A stretch of DNA of 64,000 nucleotides from Octopus bimaculoides (lineage: Eukaryota), in contig NC_068986.1 of NCBI RefSeq assembly GCF_001194135.2, positions 13,271,609 through 13,335,608 on the forward strand, given 5' to 3'. The notes under the pieces are model-generated. The model searched no databases. It saw nothing but the letters and a program-made list of their open reading frames with translations, and was not told the DNA's origin. The stretch's first letter is position 1; each line of letters starts with the position of its first letter. Made by a program: the position numbers and the translations under genes. Shown here piece by piece: positions 26,412 through 37,878 of the stretch.

Positions 26412-28004
26412 ACTTGCACTGTTGAGTGTGTGTGTTGAGAAATAGGGAGAGAGAAAATATATCTCTATAGAAGATTATATCTCTCAGAAAGCACATAGCT
26501 TTTGTTGGAGCTATGAAAAGTAGACATTGGAACACCGAAGAACATGTCTATGTGCGTGTACATGTGTGTGTGTGTGTAGTATATATGGGTATTTATTTAT
26601 AGTGTGCATACAAACAGTACATTCATTTTTTTTTTTTTTTGTGACTGTGAAGTGTTTGCATTTGCAGGTGTGTGTGTGTGTGTGTGTAGAATGCATCTAT
26701 TTGTAGATGTGTTTTCGTATGAAGATATGTTGTTTGAACAGCGTTTGCGAATGGAAGTGAGACGCTTGAGGTTGAGTGGCTTTTGATGGTGAAGAGGTTG
26801 GCTCAGCAAGGACAAATTCCACTGGGCATTACCTGCTGGTTGTGAATACACACACACACACACACACACAAACAGTGGTGAGGCTGAAACACTCCTTTTA
26901 CGGTTATTTCTGAACTCCATCCATACCAAATGGTTGTTGAGCCAAGTCTGTGAATTTGTTGGAATCTTGATACTCCACTTATACCTTAACCATTTTTGCT
27001 ACCAGATTTCTGTTGGAATATACTGTCTGTATCTTAATTAATTTTGAAAATAATGAAGAATTAAGTAAAATAACTTTGTCGTTGTTAAACTGGTATTTGA
27101 AACATAAATCAACATAGAATTTTGATGGAAGGTTTTAATTCAGATCATTTTAAAAGAGGAAGTCAAAGTCATAGAACCAACATTGGTTGTCAAGTGATGG
27201 TGGGGTGAGGGGACAAACACAGACACTAAGACACACACATAAATACAGACATATATATATGACTGGCTTCTTTTAGTTTCTGTCTACCAAGTCTGTTCAC
27301 AAGGTTTTGGTCAGCCCAAGGCTATAGCAGACGACACTTGCCCAAGATGCCACACAATGGGACTGAACCCAGAACCATGTGGTTGGGAAGCAAGCTTCTT
27401 ACCACACAGCCATGCCTGCGCCTGTTAATTAATGTTGTGAACATCAGCTTAATAATGGCAGTTACTTGGACTAAATTCTTCATTATTTTCGAAATTACTT
27501 AGTGAAGGAAAAAACTTTGGAATTTGGTGGTAGTGGTGGTGGTGGACTATGTGAGGGAATTTGTGCGTTATCTTTCTCTCGGTGACAGACTAGAAACATT
27601 TCTATTGATAAAAATATATCATATATCTTTTACATGTTTTCAGTGATTGCACTGTGGCCATGCTAAAGCACTGCCTTGGAAGGTTTAATCAACAAATCGT
27701 CCCCAGTCCTTATTTTTGATTTTACTCATTCTCTTTTGTCGAACCACTAGGTTATGGGGATGTAAACAAACCAACACCGACTGTCAAGTAGTGGGGGTAG
27801 GAAAAACACAAACACACACATATATATCTGATGCCTCCACACAGTTTTTCTGCTACCAAATTCGCAAGGCATTGGTCAACCTGGGACTATAGCAGAAGAC
27901 ATTGGCCCAAGGTGCCAAGCAATGGAACTGAAACAGAAACCATGAAATTGCAAAGCCAGCTTCTTAACCACACAGACATGCCCATGCTGATCCTCTTAGT
28001 CTTT

Positions 28005-28430
28005 TACATGTTTCAGTCATTTGATTGTGACCATGCTGGAGCACCACCTTGAAGGGTTTTAGTCGAAGAAATTGATCCCAGGATTTAATTCATTGCAAGC
28101 TTAGTACTTATTCGGTCGGTTCCTTTTGCCAAACTAGTAAGCTATGAGGACGTAAACACACCAACACTGGTTGTCAAGTGATGGTGGGGAGGGGGGACAA
28201 ACAGACACAAAGACACACATACATAAATATGCACACATACATATATACACCCCCCACCCCCCACACACATGAAAGGCTTCTTTCAGTTTCTGTCTACCGA
28301 ATCCACTCACAAGGCTTTGGTCGGCCCGAGGCTATAGTAGAAGACACTAACTCAAGATGCCATGCAGTGGGACTGAACCCAGAACTATGTGGTTGGGAAG
28401 CAAGCTTTTTACCACACAGCCACACGCTTA
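28005..28430 (-). mobile_element. SINE family A
   Basis: Full-length reverse complement; further copies at about 27180-27420 and 27630-27990. Confidence 0.8.
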
Positions 28431-29588
28431 TATATATATACATAAAAGATGCAAACACTAACTATATTGCCAACAACAGATCTGTTGGCATGCTGTTCCT
28501 CAGTTTTGATTGCAAAATGAGAGCAGCACCGGATAAAAAGTAATAAATAAATAAACAAAAAGAATTATAATTTGTGTGTGTGTGTGTGTGTGTGTGTGCA
28601 CGTGTGCACGTGTGTGTGCTTATAGATATTTGCTTCATCATAGAAAATCCTGATTGCATGCATTTTTAGATAAACATGTGACACAAATAATTATTTACAT
28701 TTTCTACGTTAATGGTTTTTTAATTTTTTTTTATAGCTTTTCTGTTGTTTTTTGTTTGTTTTTTTTTCTTTCTTCTGAGTTAGCACAAGTTCCAGTTCAG
28801 TCAGTGAAAAAAAAAATCACCTCTCATGAACCTGATAACTTTATTGAACTCTCTCGCAGAGAGCAGCGTGAAACAGATGTAACCAAATGCAGTCTTTAAC
28901 ATAAACATAAACCCATCCAACTCACTGTGTGTGTGTGTGTGTGTGTGTAATAGAGAGAGAGAGAGAGTGTATACCTGTGTATGTGTGTGACTGTGTAGGT
29001 GTGAGTGTGTGTATGTAAGTGTGATTATGTGCATGTGAGTGTTCAAATGTGTGTGAAGGTGTGTGTGTGTGTGCATGTGTGTGTAGGTGAGTGTGGGTAT
29101 GTATGTGTGATTATGTGCATGTGTGCATTTGAATGTGTGTGAAGATGTGTGTGAGTGTATGCGAAGGTATGTGTGTTTGTGTGTGAAGGTGTGTGTGTAG
29201 GTGAGTGTGTGCATGCATGTGGGTGTATGTATGTGTGAGTGTATATGAAGGTGTGTGTGTGCGAGTGAGTGTGTGTGAACCAATTGAACAACAGCCTATG
29301 ATAGGGATGGGTGGGTATATAATTCCGTAAAAGTGAATGAGTAAAAAAAAAAAAACACAGAAAACCACAAAAAACAAACCTCACCAGTGCCTGGTATCTC
29401 TATCTACAAGACATTTCTGGGACATCTTTAACAAAAACCAGTAACCCTATTTGAAATGTCTACACTCGGTTACCTTGGTTGTTCTACAAAATGTGACAAC
29501 ATAATTTACTTTCAAGGGAAGAATGCTACTGTTATTTAGCCCTAGGAAATACTGTTTTCTGTTGGACTTGACACATTTCCTGTGTCCT

Positions 29589-29726
29589 TATGTTTTTAAA
29601 GCGGACACAAGCACCTCCAGCCAGCAAAGCCAGCATCCAGAGACTAGTTTCAGAGTCATTGCTCATCATCAGTCTGGAGTAGCATGGCTTGCTAGTTGTC
29701 GATGCGTATCCGCCTTTGAAAACATA
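29589..29726 (-). mobile_element. Short hammerhead-containing element with imperfect inverted termini (putative Penelope-like remnant)
   Basis: TATGTTTTTAAAGCGGACAC (29589-29608) versus the reverse complement of 29706-29726, TATGTTTTCAAAGGCGGATAC; encloses the hammerhead at 29636-29678. Confidence 0.55.
29636..29678 (-). ncRNA. Minimal type I hammerhead ribozyme motif (GUC cleavage triplet)
   Basis: UCCAGA-CUGAUGA-U-GAG(CAAUGA)CUC-U-GAAA-CUAG-UC^UCUGGA. Perfect 6-bp stem I and palindromic ACUAGU in place of stem III; stem II is weak (U-U at its base). Confidence 0.65.
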
Positions 29727-29912
29727 TATATTTCAAGTGAAATACATTCACTGATTTTTGAAAATAGAAATAATATATTTCTAAATCTCTCAGATTTATT
29801 GTGCTGCTACTGCATAAATCTCTCTGAGAGATTTAGAAATATATTATTTCTATAATTTAATCTGTTTGGATATTTGTTCTAGCAGAAAGGAAATATAGTT
29901 TCCCATTCAATC

Positions 29913-30001
29913 CATGTTGCCCAATAAACCATGTTGTCCAATAAACCATGTTGCCCAATAAACCATGTTGCCCAATAAACCATGTTGCCCAATAAACCAT
30001 G
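29913..30001. repeat. 17-bp tandem repeat CCATGTTGCCCAATAAA x5
   Basis: Directly visible; abuts a family A fragment. Confidence 0.9.
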
Positions 30002-30018
30002 CAGTGGGACTGAACCGT

Positions 30019-30354
30019 GAAGGTGCATGACACATTGGTTAGAGCGTCGAGCTTACGATCATGAGGCTGTGAGTCGAATCCCTGACCGGGTTGCATGTTG
30101 TGTTCTTGAGCAAGACACTTTATTTCACATTGCTCCAGTTCACTCAGCTGTAGAAATGAGTTGCAACGTCACTGGTGCCAAGCTATATCGGCCCCTTTGC
30201 CTTTCCCTTGGATAACACTGGTGGCGTGGAGAGGGGAGGCTGGTATGCATGGGCAGCTGCTGGTCTTCCATAAACAACCTTGCCCGGACTTGTGCCTGGG
30301 AGGGTAACTTTCTAGGTGCAATCCCATGGTCAGTCATGACCGATGGGGGCCTCA
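30019..30354 (+). mobile_element. SINE family D, full length, nested in a family A head
   Basis: TSD GGGACTGAACC at 30006-30016 and 30355-30365. Confidence 0.85.
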
Positions 30355-31639
30355 GGGACTGAACCTGAAACCAGGTGGTTGAGAAGCAAACTTCTTAACC
30401 AATTATATCTTTTAAAATTGTTTAATACTTCCAATAAATTTTTAATGATACATCATTTTCTCTGACAAAATTTATTGATCAGCTGAGTCAGGTTGAGACA
30501 TCTTAGTTGCACTGCATGGCACCTTGGACAAGTGCCTTCTACTATGGCCTTGGGTCAACCAAAGCCTTGTTAGTAGATTTGCTAGACAGAAACTGAAAGA
30601 AGCCCGCCATGTATGTGGGTGTGGGTCTTTGTGTTTGTCCCTTCTGTCACTTGATGACTGTGTTGGTGTGTTGATATACCAGTAACTTAGTGGTTTGGCA
30701 AAAGAGACTGATAGGACAAATACAAGGTTTTAAAAAAAACAAAGTATCTGGGTCGATTCATTTGACTAAAAATTCCTCTAGGCAGTGCCCCAGCTTGACC
30801 ACAGTCTAATGACTGAAACAAGTAAAATATAAAAGATATTCTGGTAGCATTAAATACCAAAACTTTGATTAAACTGTGCTCTCGTTTTCAAAGGTCGACC
30901 TACATTTATGGTACTCTGTGTGAGGGAAGAAACAAATGTAACAAATATTATGTGACGCCAGTGAGTCCAAAGTGGCACTCTTGGCTAAGTTGACATATTA
31001 GTAATAACTTGATGGAACTATCCCTTCTGGAAATGTTTTGAATATCAATAGAAAATGTGGACAACAGCAGCAGAGAAAGTGCATTTTAGATGAAAACTAA
31101 CTATACTTCACATTCGTTCGACCAATGTCAAAATGGAGAAATGATTGTCAAATTAAACAATAATGCGGATGACATGATAAAATAACAAATAANNNNNNNN
31201 NNNNNNNNNNNNNNNNNNNNNNNNNNNNNNNNNNNNNNNNNNNNNNNNNNNNNNNNNNNNNNNNNNNNNNNNNNNNNNNNNNNNNNNNNNNNNNNNNNNN
31301 NNNNNNNNNNNNNNNNNNNNNNNNNNNNNNNNNNNNNNNNNNNNNNNNNNNNNNNNNNNNNNNNNNNNNNNNNNNNNNNNNNNNNNNNNNNNNNNNNNNN
31401 NNNNNNNNNNNNNNNNNNNNNNNNNNNNNNNNNNNNNNNNNNNNNNNNNNNNNNNNNNNNNNNNNNNNNNNNNNNNNNNNNNNNNNNNNNNNNNNNNNNN
31501 NNNNNNNNNNNNNNNNNNNNNNNNNNNNNNNNNNNNNNNNNNNNNNNNNNNNACAGATAGTGTTTGGGAGGTTGTCTGGCAGTAAAAGAATTCTTTAACC
31601 ATTCCATTTCAATATCTAAAATTTCAGAACTACACCAAT

Positions 31640-31910
31640 GCCAATGCTGCCTGACTGGCACCCATGTAAAAAGCACCATTCAAGCGTACCCGATGCCAGT
31701 GCTGCTTGACTGGCTCCTGTGCTGGTGGCATGTAAAAATCACCCACTACACTCTTAGAGTGGTTGGCGTTAGGAAGGGCATCCAGCTGTAGAAACCTTGC
31801 CAGATCAGATTGGAGCCTGGTGCAGCCTCCTGGTTTACCAGTCCTCAGTCAAGCTGTCCAACCCATGCCAGCATGGAAAGTGGACGTTAAACAACAACGA
31901 TGATGATGAT
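31640..31910 (+). mobile_element. Family C retroposon
   Basis: Conserved tail and (GAT)n. Confidence 0.75.
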
Positions 31911-33221
31911 GATACAAAGCATGTTCACTTAGAACTTAATTTCTTTAAAAATTAAGAAAACCCTTTTTTTTTAAATTTATACATTGGTGCAAGAGTGGTA
32001 GTGTAGTAACAAGTCTGCTTCCCAACCACATGATTCCAGGTTCAATTCTACTACATGACACTTTCAGCAAGTGTCTTCTACGACAGCCCTGAACTGACCA
32101 AAGCCTAGTGAGTGGATTTGGCAGATGAAAACTGAAAGAAGCTCACCATGTGTGTGTGCACGCATGTGTGTCTCCTTGTCTTGACATTATAAGATAGTCG
32201 TAGATGAGTGTCACTGTCATAAAAGCAGTGTCAATCATTTCCAGACATCAGACTAATAGGACAAAGTATTGTCCAGATCTTGCCTAACACCATTACTCAT
32301 GGCCACAACTTCATATTACTACAAATACACTGTCTGACTCTCTGACCTGCCCCACTTCAAATCCTTTTAAAGAAACAAATGTTCCAGTACCATTCCTGGC
32401 AATACAATGCAGTACCAGTGATATGGTAGACACATACGTACTTAAACCTCTTAATCCCAAGAGCTGCTTCTTGAACCACTAAGCTTGCTCTTTGCAATAA
32501 TTGCTACGAATATCCAGGCTAAGACTAAGCTAACTTCACTCTCCATTGTTAACAAACAACATCAATTAACTACAAACAGCTGACTTGAAATGTCAAATAT
32601 TCTTTTAGATCTCTCTCTCTTCTGTCTCTTGAGTGTTGTTATAATATTCTACTTATGGCCGACTGGCTAACTGTCTCATTCAAAGTGAAGATTATGATAT
32701 ACATCTTATGAAAAACACTAATTACTCTTTCTCTCTAACTTCACTTGTAATCCTCTGGCAAAAGGCCCTCTTTCTCTTTGCTTTTTCTCTTTCTCTCTCT
32801 TAAATAAAATGGCATTTTTACCGCAGGGCTTCCAAGTACATGTAATGCAAATGCTAACTGCTTTGCTAAACCTCCAAGCTGCTTTATATCCTTCGTCCTT
32901 AGCTGGTTTTATGGTACAATATTAACCCTTTACAATATTAACCAAATTGGCGAGCTAGCAGAATTGTTAGCACACCGGGCGAAATGCTTAGCAGTATTTA
33001 GTCTGTCTTTATGATCTGAGTTTGACAGGAGGGAGCTGGCAAACCAGACAGCTGCACCTGGCTCCAATTGTCTGTCTTGGCATGGTTTCTATGGCTGGAG
33101 GCCCTCCCTAATGCCAACCATTTTCCAGAGTGTCTTGGGTGCTTTTTATGTGGCACCAGCATGGGTGCTTTTTTCTGTAGTGCCAGTACATAAACATATA
33201 TTGAAAAACAAAACTTAAAGC

Positions 33222-33757
33222 TAATACAGTTCTATATTTAAGAGATGAGGAATTATTTACATTATTTACATTTGACCGATATTTGTCCTCGTCTTGTTTG
33301 TTGTTAACACAACGTTTCGGCTGATATACCCTCCAGCCTTCATCAGGTGCCTTGGGGAAATTTCGAACCTGGGTTCTCATTCCTAAGGGATATACCAACG
33401 GGCATATGGCGTAGTGGTTAAGAGCGAGGGCTACTAACCCCAAGATTCCGAGTTTGATTCCACAGGCAGTGACCTGAATAATAATAATAATAATAATAAT
33501 AACAATAATAATAATAATAATAGTAATAATAATAATAATAACATCGAAGAATACCTTAGGAATGGGAACCCAGGTTCAAAATTTCTCCAAGACACCTGAT
33601 GAAGGATGGAGGGTNNNNNNNNNNNNNNNNNNNNNNNNNNNNNNNNNNNNNNNNNNNNNNNNNNNNNNNNNNNNNNNNNNNNNNNNNNNNNNNNNNNNNN
33701 NNNNNNNNNNNNNNNNNNNNNTTTTGACAAATATTTGTCAAAATGTAAATGATGTAA
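33222..33757 (+). mobile_element. Family F hammerhead-bearing SINE with 5' inverted tail (copy 2, gap inside)
   Basis: Inverted tail 33225-33388, head from 33400, (AAT)n, tail cut by the N gap at 33615-33721; 12-bp TSD AAAACTTAAAGC at 33210-33221 and 33758-33769. Confidence 0.8.
33306..33351 (-). ncRNA. Minimal type I hammerhead ribozyme motif (GUU cleavage triplet)
   Basis: GGCAC-CUGAUGA-A-GGCUG(loop)CAGCC-GAAA-CG-UU^GUGUU; same fold as 14173-14218. Confidence 0.68.
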
Positions 33758-34764
33758 AAAACTTAAAGCCATTTCTAATCTTCAATTCCACCCATGATTT
33801 CCTTCTTTTGAATTTATACAAAACATTCCTCCTGTTTTACCAATTCCTTGCACACATTTAAGGCCCTCTTCTCCATTTTATTCCACACTGATTCATTATT
33901 AATAAATTAACAAAAGCAAAAACTGTCATTAATTAATTATTATTCCAGAAAAAAAACCCCACAAAAAAATACATTGACCCTCTTAGGAAAACAGATGACC
34001 TTATCTTGGCTGGATAAACCGCTATGCTTTTAGACTTAGAAATGTCAAATTATACGACCAGCATGGTTCTTTATATACCATTAGCCTTTCCTAGGAGTCA
34101 ACCCACAAGCCTTTGTCTCACATCTTTTAAGCTAATGCAATATTCACCATGAGTCAAAGTGTCTTGTTTATTCACCCACCACTATGTTGTGTTACTGGTA
34201 AAGTGACATACTTCTCACTGGCTTACTCTACTAAACAGCAAATAGATTCCACTGTAGGAAAGTACAATCTACCCATGAGTCACAATCTGATCTTTTATTT
34301 GTCTTGATCATTGGACCGCAGCCATGCTGGGGCACTTCTTTGGAGACTCATAGTCAAACAAATCGACCTCAGTACTTGTTTGTTTTAGTTTGGTACTTAT
34401 TTTATCAGTCACTCTTTGTCAAACTGCTAAGTTACATTTCAACATCTGCCGTGTGACACACTGTACACCTATACAGGCAATGTCTATTTTATGGAGGGAG
34501 TGGGCCTATGGGCAGGTCAACCGTTTGACCATTATGAAAGAAATCATCTGCACAGGTTGTTTAATGAAAATTTGCAGAACTCGTCTTTCTCGGATCAAGA
34601 GCCAACCCTGAATATGGTGGACTACAAGACTGCGGACCCATGGATATGTGGGGGCACACCAATGTCAATACTAGCACAGTGAATGTGTGGATGAGTATAA
34701 ATACACACACACACACACACACACACATTTGCATGCATGCACATCTGTATACTATATATATAGT

Positions 34765-34803
<39 letters not shown>

Positions 34804-35720
34804 TACATAAAAAATCTGCAGTTCAAACTGTATTTATTTAAAAATATTTTTGAATGCTTATTCTGCCGAGGTCAACTTTGTCTTTCATCCTTTCGGGGGT
34901 CGATNNNNNNNNNNNNNNNNNNNNNNNNNNNNNNNNNNNNNNNNNNNNNNNNNNNNNNNNNNNNNNNNNNNNNNNNNNNNNNNNNNNNNNNNNNNNNNNN
35001 NNNNNNNNNNNNNNNNNNNNNNNNNNNNNNNNNNNNNNNNNNNNNNNNNNNNNNNNNNNNNNNNNNNNNNNNNNNNNNNNNNNNNNNNNNNNNNNNNNNN
35101 NNNNNNNNNNNNNNNNNNNNNNNNNNNNNNNNNNNNNNNNNNNNNNNNNNNNNNNNNNNNNNNNNNNNNNNNNNNNNNNNNNNNNNNNNNNNNNNNNNNN
35201 NNNNNNNNNNNNNNNNNNNNNNNNNNNNNNNNNNNNNNNNNNNNNNNNNNNNNNNNNNNNNNNNNNNNNNNNNNCATTTCTCATTTTTGTCTGTGTTTTT
35301 TTTTTACAAATTACACCCAGATCTCGAGCACAGAAAAATAAATATATAAAAAAAAGATTTTTGAGAAGATAGGCTGAAAAAAAAAAAGAGCAAAATAAAT
35401 GTGTAATTCCCTTTTACTTTTGATGATAAAGTTGGAAAAGAAAAAAAGCAATATATAAAAAAAATATTAAAATATATGGAAAGATGAGTTATCTTGTTTT
35501 CGCCGAAAATGGTATCTTCAAAATAAAATTTCAAATAAAATATTGGAAATAGATAAAAACAAAAGTTATTTCCATAATCAGCATTAAAAATACTATTAAA
35601 AAATTAATAAATAAATAAAAAAGTTTATCTGAAAATGAAATGTTTTCTCAAAAGAAATTTCCAGGGTAGGGGTTAAAAAGAAATATTGTGAGAAAGATAA
35701 GGTTTACCTATTTTACCTAC

Positions 35721-35823
35721 CTTTTAGAGCAATGAGAGGGTGTGATGGGTTCATTAATAAAGAATCTGCAAATGTAGAACCAGCATATATCTTGGTACCT
35801 TCTCGGGGATTCAGTACAGTGAC
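35721..35823 (-). CDS. CLTC-like: Clathrin heavy chain-like exon (VTVLNPREGTKIYAGSTFADSLLMNPSHPLIALK)
   Basis: Not in the ORF track (no ATG). ctcctgcag acceptor, G|GTAGGT donor; 103 nt, phase 0/1. Matches the CHC motif ADSAIMNPASKVIALK. Confidence 0.92.
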
Positions 35824-35988
35824 CTGCAGGAGAAAGTTTAAGAGAATGTAAAGCATTAAAACGAAAGGAAATATGTAAAGGCTAGAGTGATACCCTACCT
35901 ATGATGGGAAGTGTACTTTTGTTACCATGGGGTCATATTAGGAAATATGGGATACATGCAATAATTACAGTTTAAATCTCTTGGTGCT

Positions 35989-36217
35989 TTAACCCTTTAG
36001 TGTTCGCATTATTCTCCCAAAATTAATGCTTTTTCATCTACGTTGTTTTGAACTAATCATACATTATCTTGTAGCTATGTGATTTTGATGAGATAGCTGT
36101 TAATTTTTAAAACAATATTGTAGGGTTGGTGCAAGAGACCAGATCTGGCCAATTTGAACATAAAACAGGCAGAATACTTTTGGCCAGATATGGCCGGTTT
36201 AAATGCTAAAGGGTTAT
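35989..36217. mobile_element. piggyBac-type MITE, second family
   Basis: TTAA|CCCTTTAG...CTAAAGGG|TTAT termini. Confidence 0.6.
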
Positions 36218-37100
36218 ACATGATGGCAAAATCTCTTGTCGTTTATGTGTTTCAGTCATTAGACTGTAGCCATGCTGGGGCAATGCCCTGAAGAATTTCA
36301 TTTGACTAAAAATTCTTCATCTCCATTGGTTTTGAGTACCAGTAGCCTAAGCCTTTCAAGGCAGTGTCCCAGCATGGCCTCAGTCCAGTGACTGAAATGC
36401 ATAAAAAAAATGTCAGTATTAGGAAAAAATAATAATAAAATAGAAAAATAAAAAAAAAATAGAAAAATCACTGAGATTACCATTTCAGAGAATTTTTTGA
36501 AAAGAAACTGAAAGTCTTTTGCAAATTTAACTTCTTTGAATTAAAAAAAAAAAAAAGAAACCCACTCAATTTGTGCAGAAGAGATATAAAAAAAAAAAAA
36601 AAATCCATGAAATATTTGCAACATTCCAACTCGCTTAATAATGGCTTCTCTCTGCAAGCATTTATCTCTCTGAATAATTTCAAAGAGGTGACTAGCTCAG
36701 GTCAATTTATTTGGGAAAAAACTAACAGATTTGCTGACCCAAACACAGCACTAATAAAACTTCTTTCACTGAGAGTGGTGGTGGTGGTGGTGGTGGTAGT
36801 GGTGGTGGCGGTAATGGTGGTGTTTGATGTCACCAAGCACCAGAGCTAAGTAATTACTTATTTGGTTCTCACACTTAAAAATGTCTAACCAGTTGACATT
36901 GTTGTGTAACAGTTGCATAAATTAACTCACAATTAAGTATTGTTTGTGTGCTGCAAACAAAGGTTTTGGGACTATCAGTTAAAGAGGACAGCGGCTTGTT
37001 GTCCTAGCACTGGTGTAATGCTATATCAATGATTAATAACATTTCATGACAACTCCATACAGGCATAAAAGAGGGACCACAAAGCAGAATATATTACTGA

Positions 37101-37664
37101 ATATATTACAAGGCGGCGAGCTGGCAGAATCGTTAGCACGCCGGGCGAAATGCTTAGCGGTATTTCGTCTGCGGTTACATTCTGAGTTCAAGTTCCGCCG
37201 AGGTCGACTTTGCCTTTCATCCTTTCGGGGTCGATAAATTAAGCAGCAGTTACACACTGGGGTCGATGTAATTGACGTAATCCATTTGTCTGTCCTTGTT
37301 TGTCCCCTCTATGTTTAGCCCCTTGTGGGCAATAAAGAAATAAGAAACGTTAGCACGCTGGGCGAAATGCTTAGCGGTATTTTGTCTGCCGTTATGTTCA
37401 CAGTTCAAATTCCGCCGAGGTCACCTTTGCCTTTCATCCTTTTGGGGTCGATAAATTAAGTACCAGTTACGCACTGGGGTTGATGTAATCGACTTAATCC
37501 CTTTGTCTGTGCTTGTTTGTCCCCTCTATGTTTAGCCTTCCGCTTTCGTGGTGGATTAAATAAGTACCAGTTACGCATTGTGGTTGATGTAATCGACTTA
37601 ATCCCTTTGTCTGTCCTTGTTTGTCCCCTCTATGTTTAGCCCCTTGTGGGCAAAGAAAGAAATA
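37101..37664 (+). mobile_element. Concatenated family B SINE (one full unit plus two partial units)
   Basis: 15-bp TSD AGAATATATTACTGA at 37086-37100 and 37665-37679. Confidence 0.8.
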
Positions 37665-37837
37665 AGAATATATTACTGACGTAGGTAACATTGCAATAAT
37701 TAATTGCAAGGGTTTAAGCCCTTTTGACACCCACCCTACCTGAGACCACCTTTAGTCCTAGGACACAAACTTCTTGTAACATCTCTCTCTCTCTCTCTGA
37801 GTGTCTCTATCTTTCTTTCTCTCTCTGTCTCTGTCTG

Positions 37838-37878
<41 letters not shown>

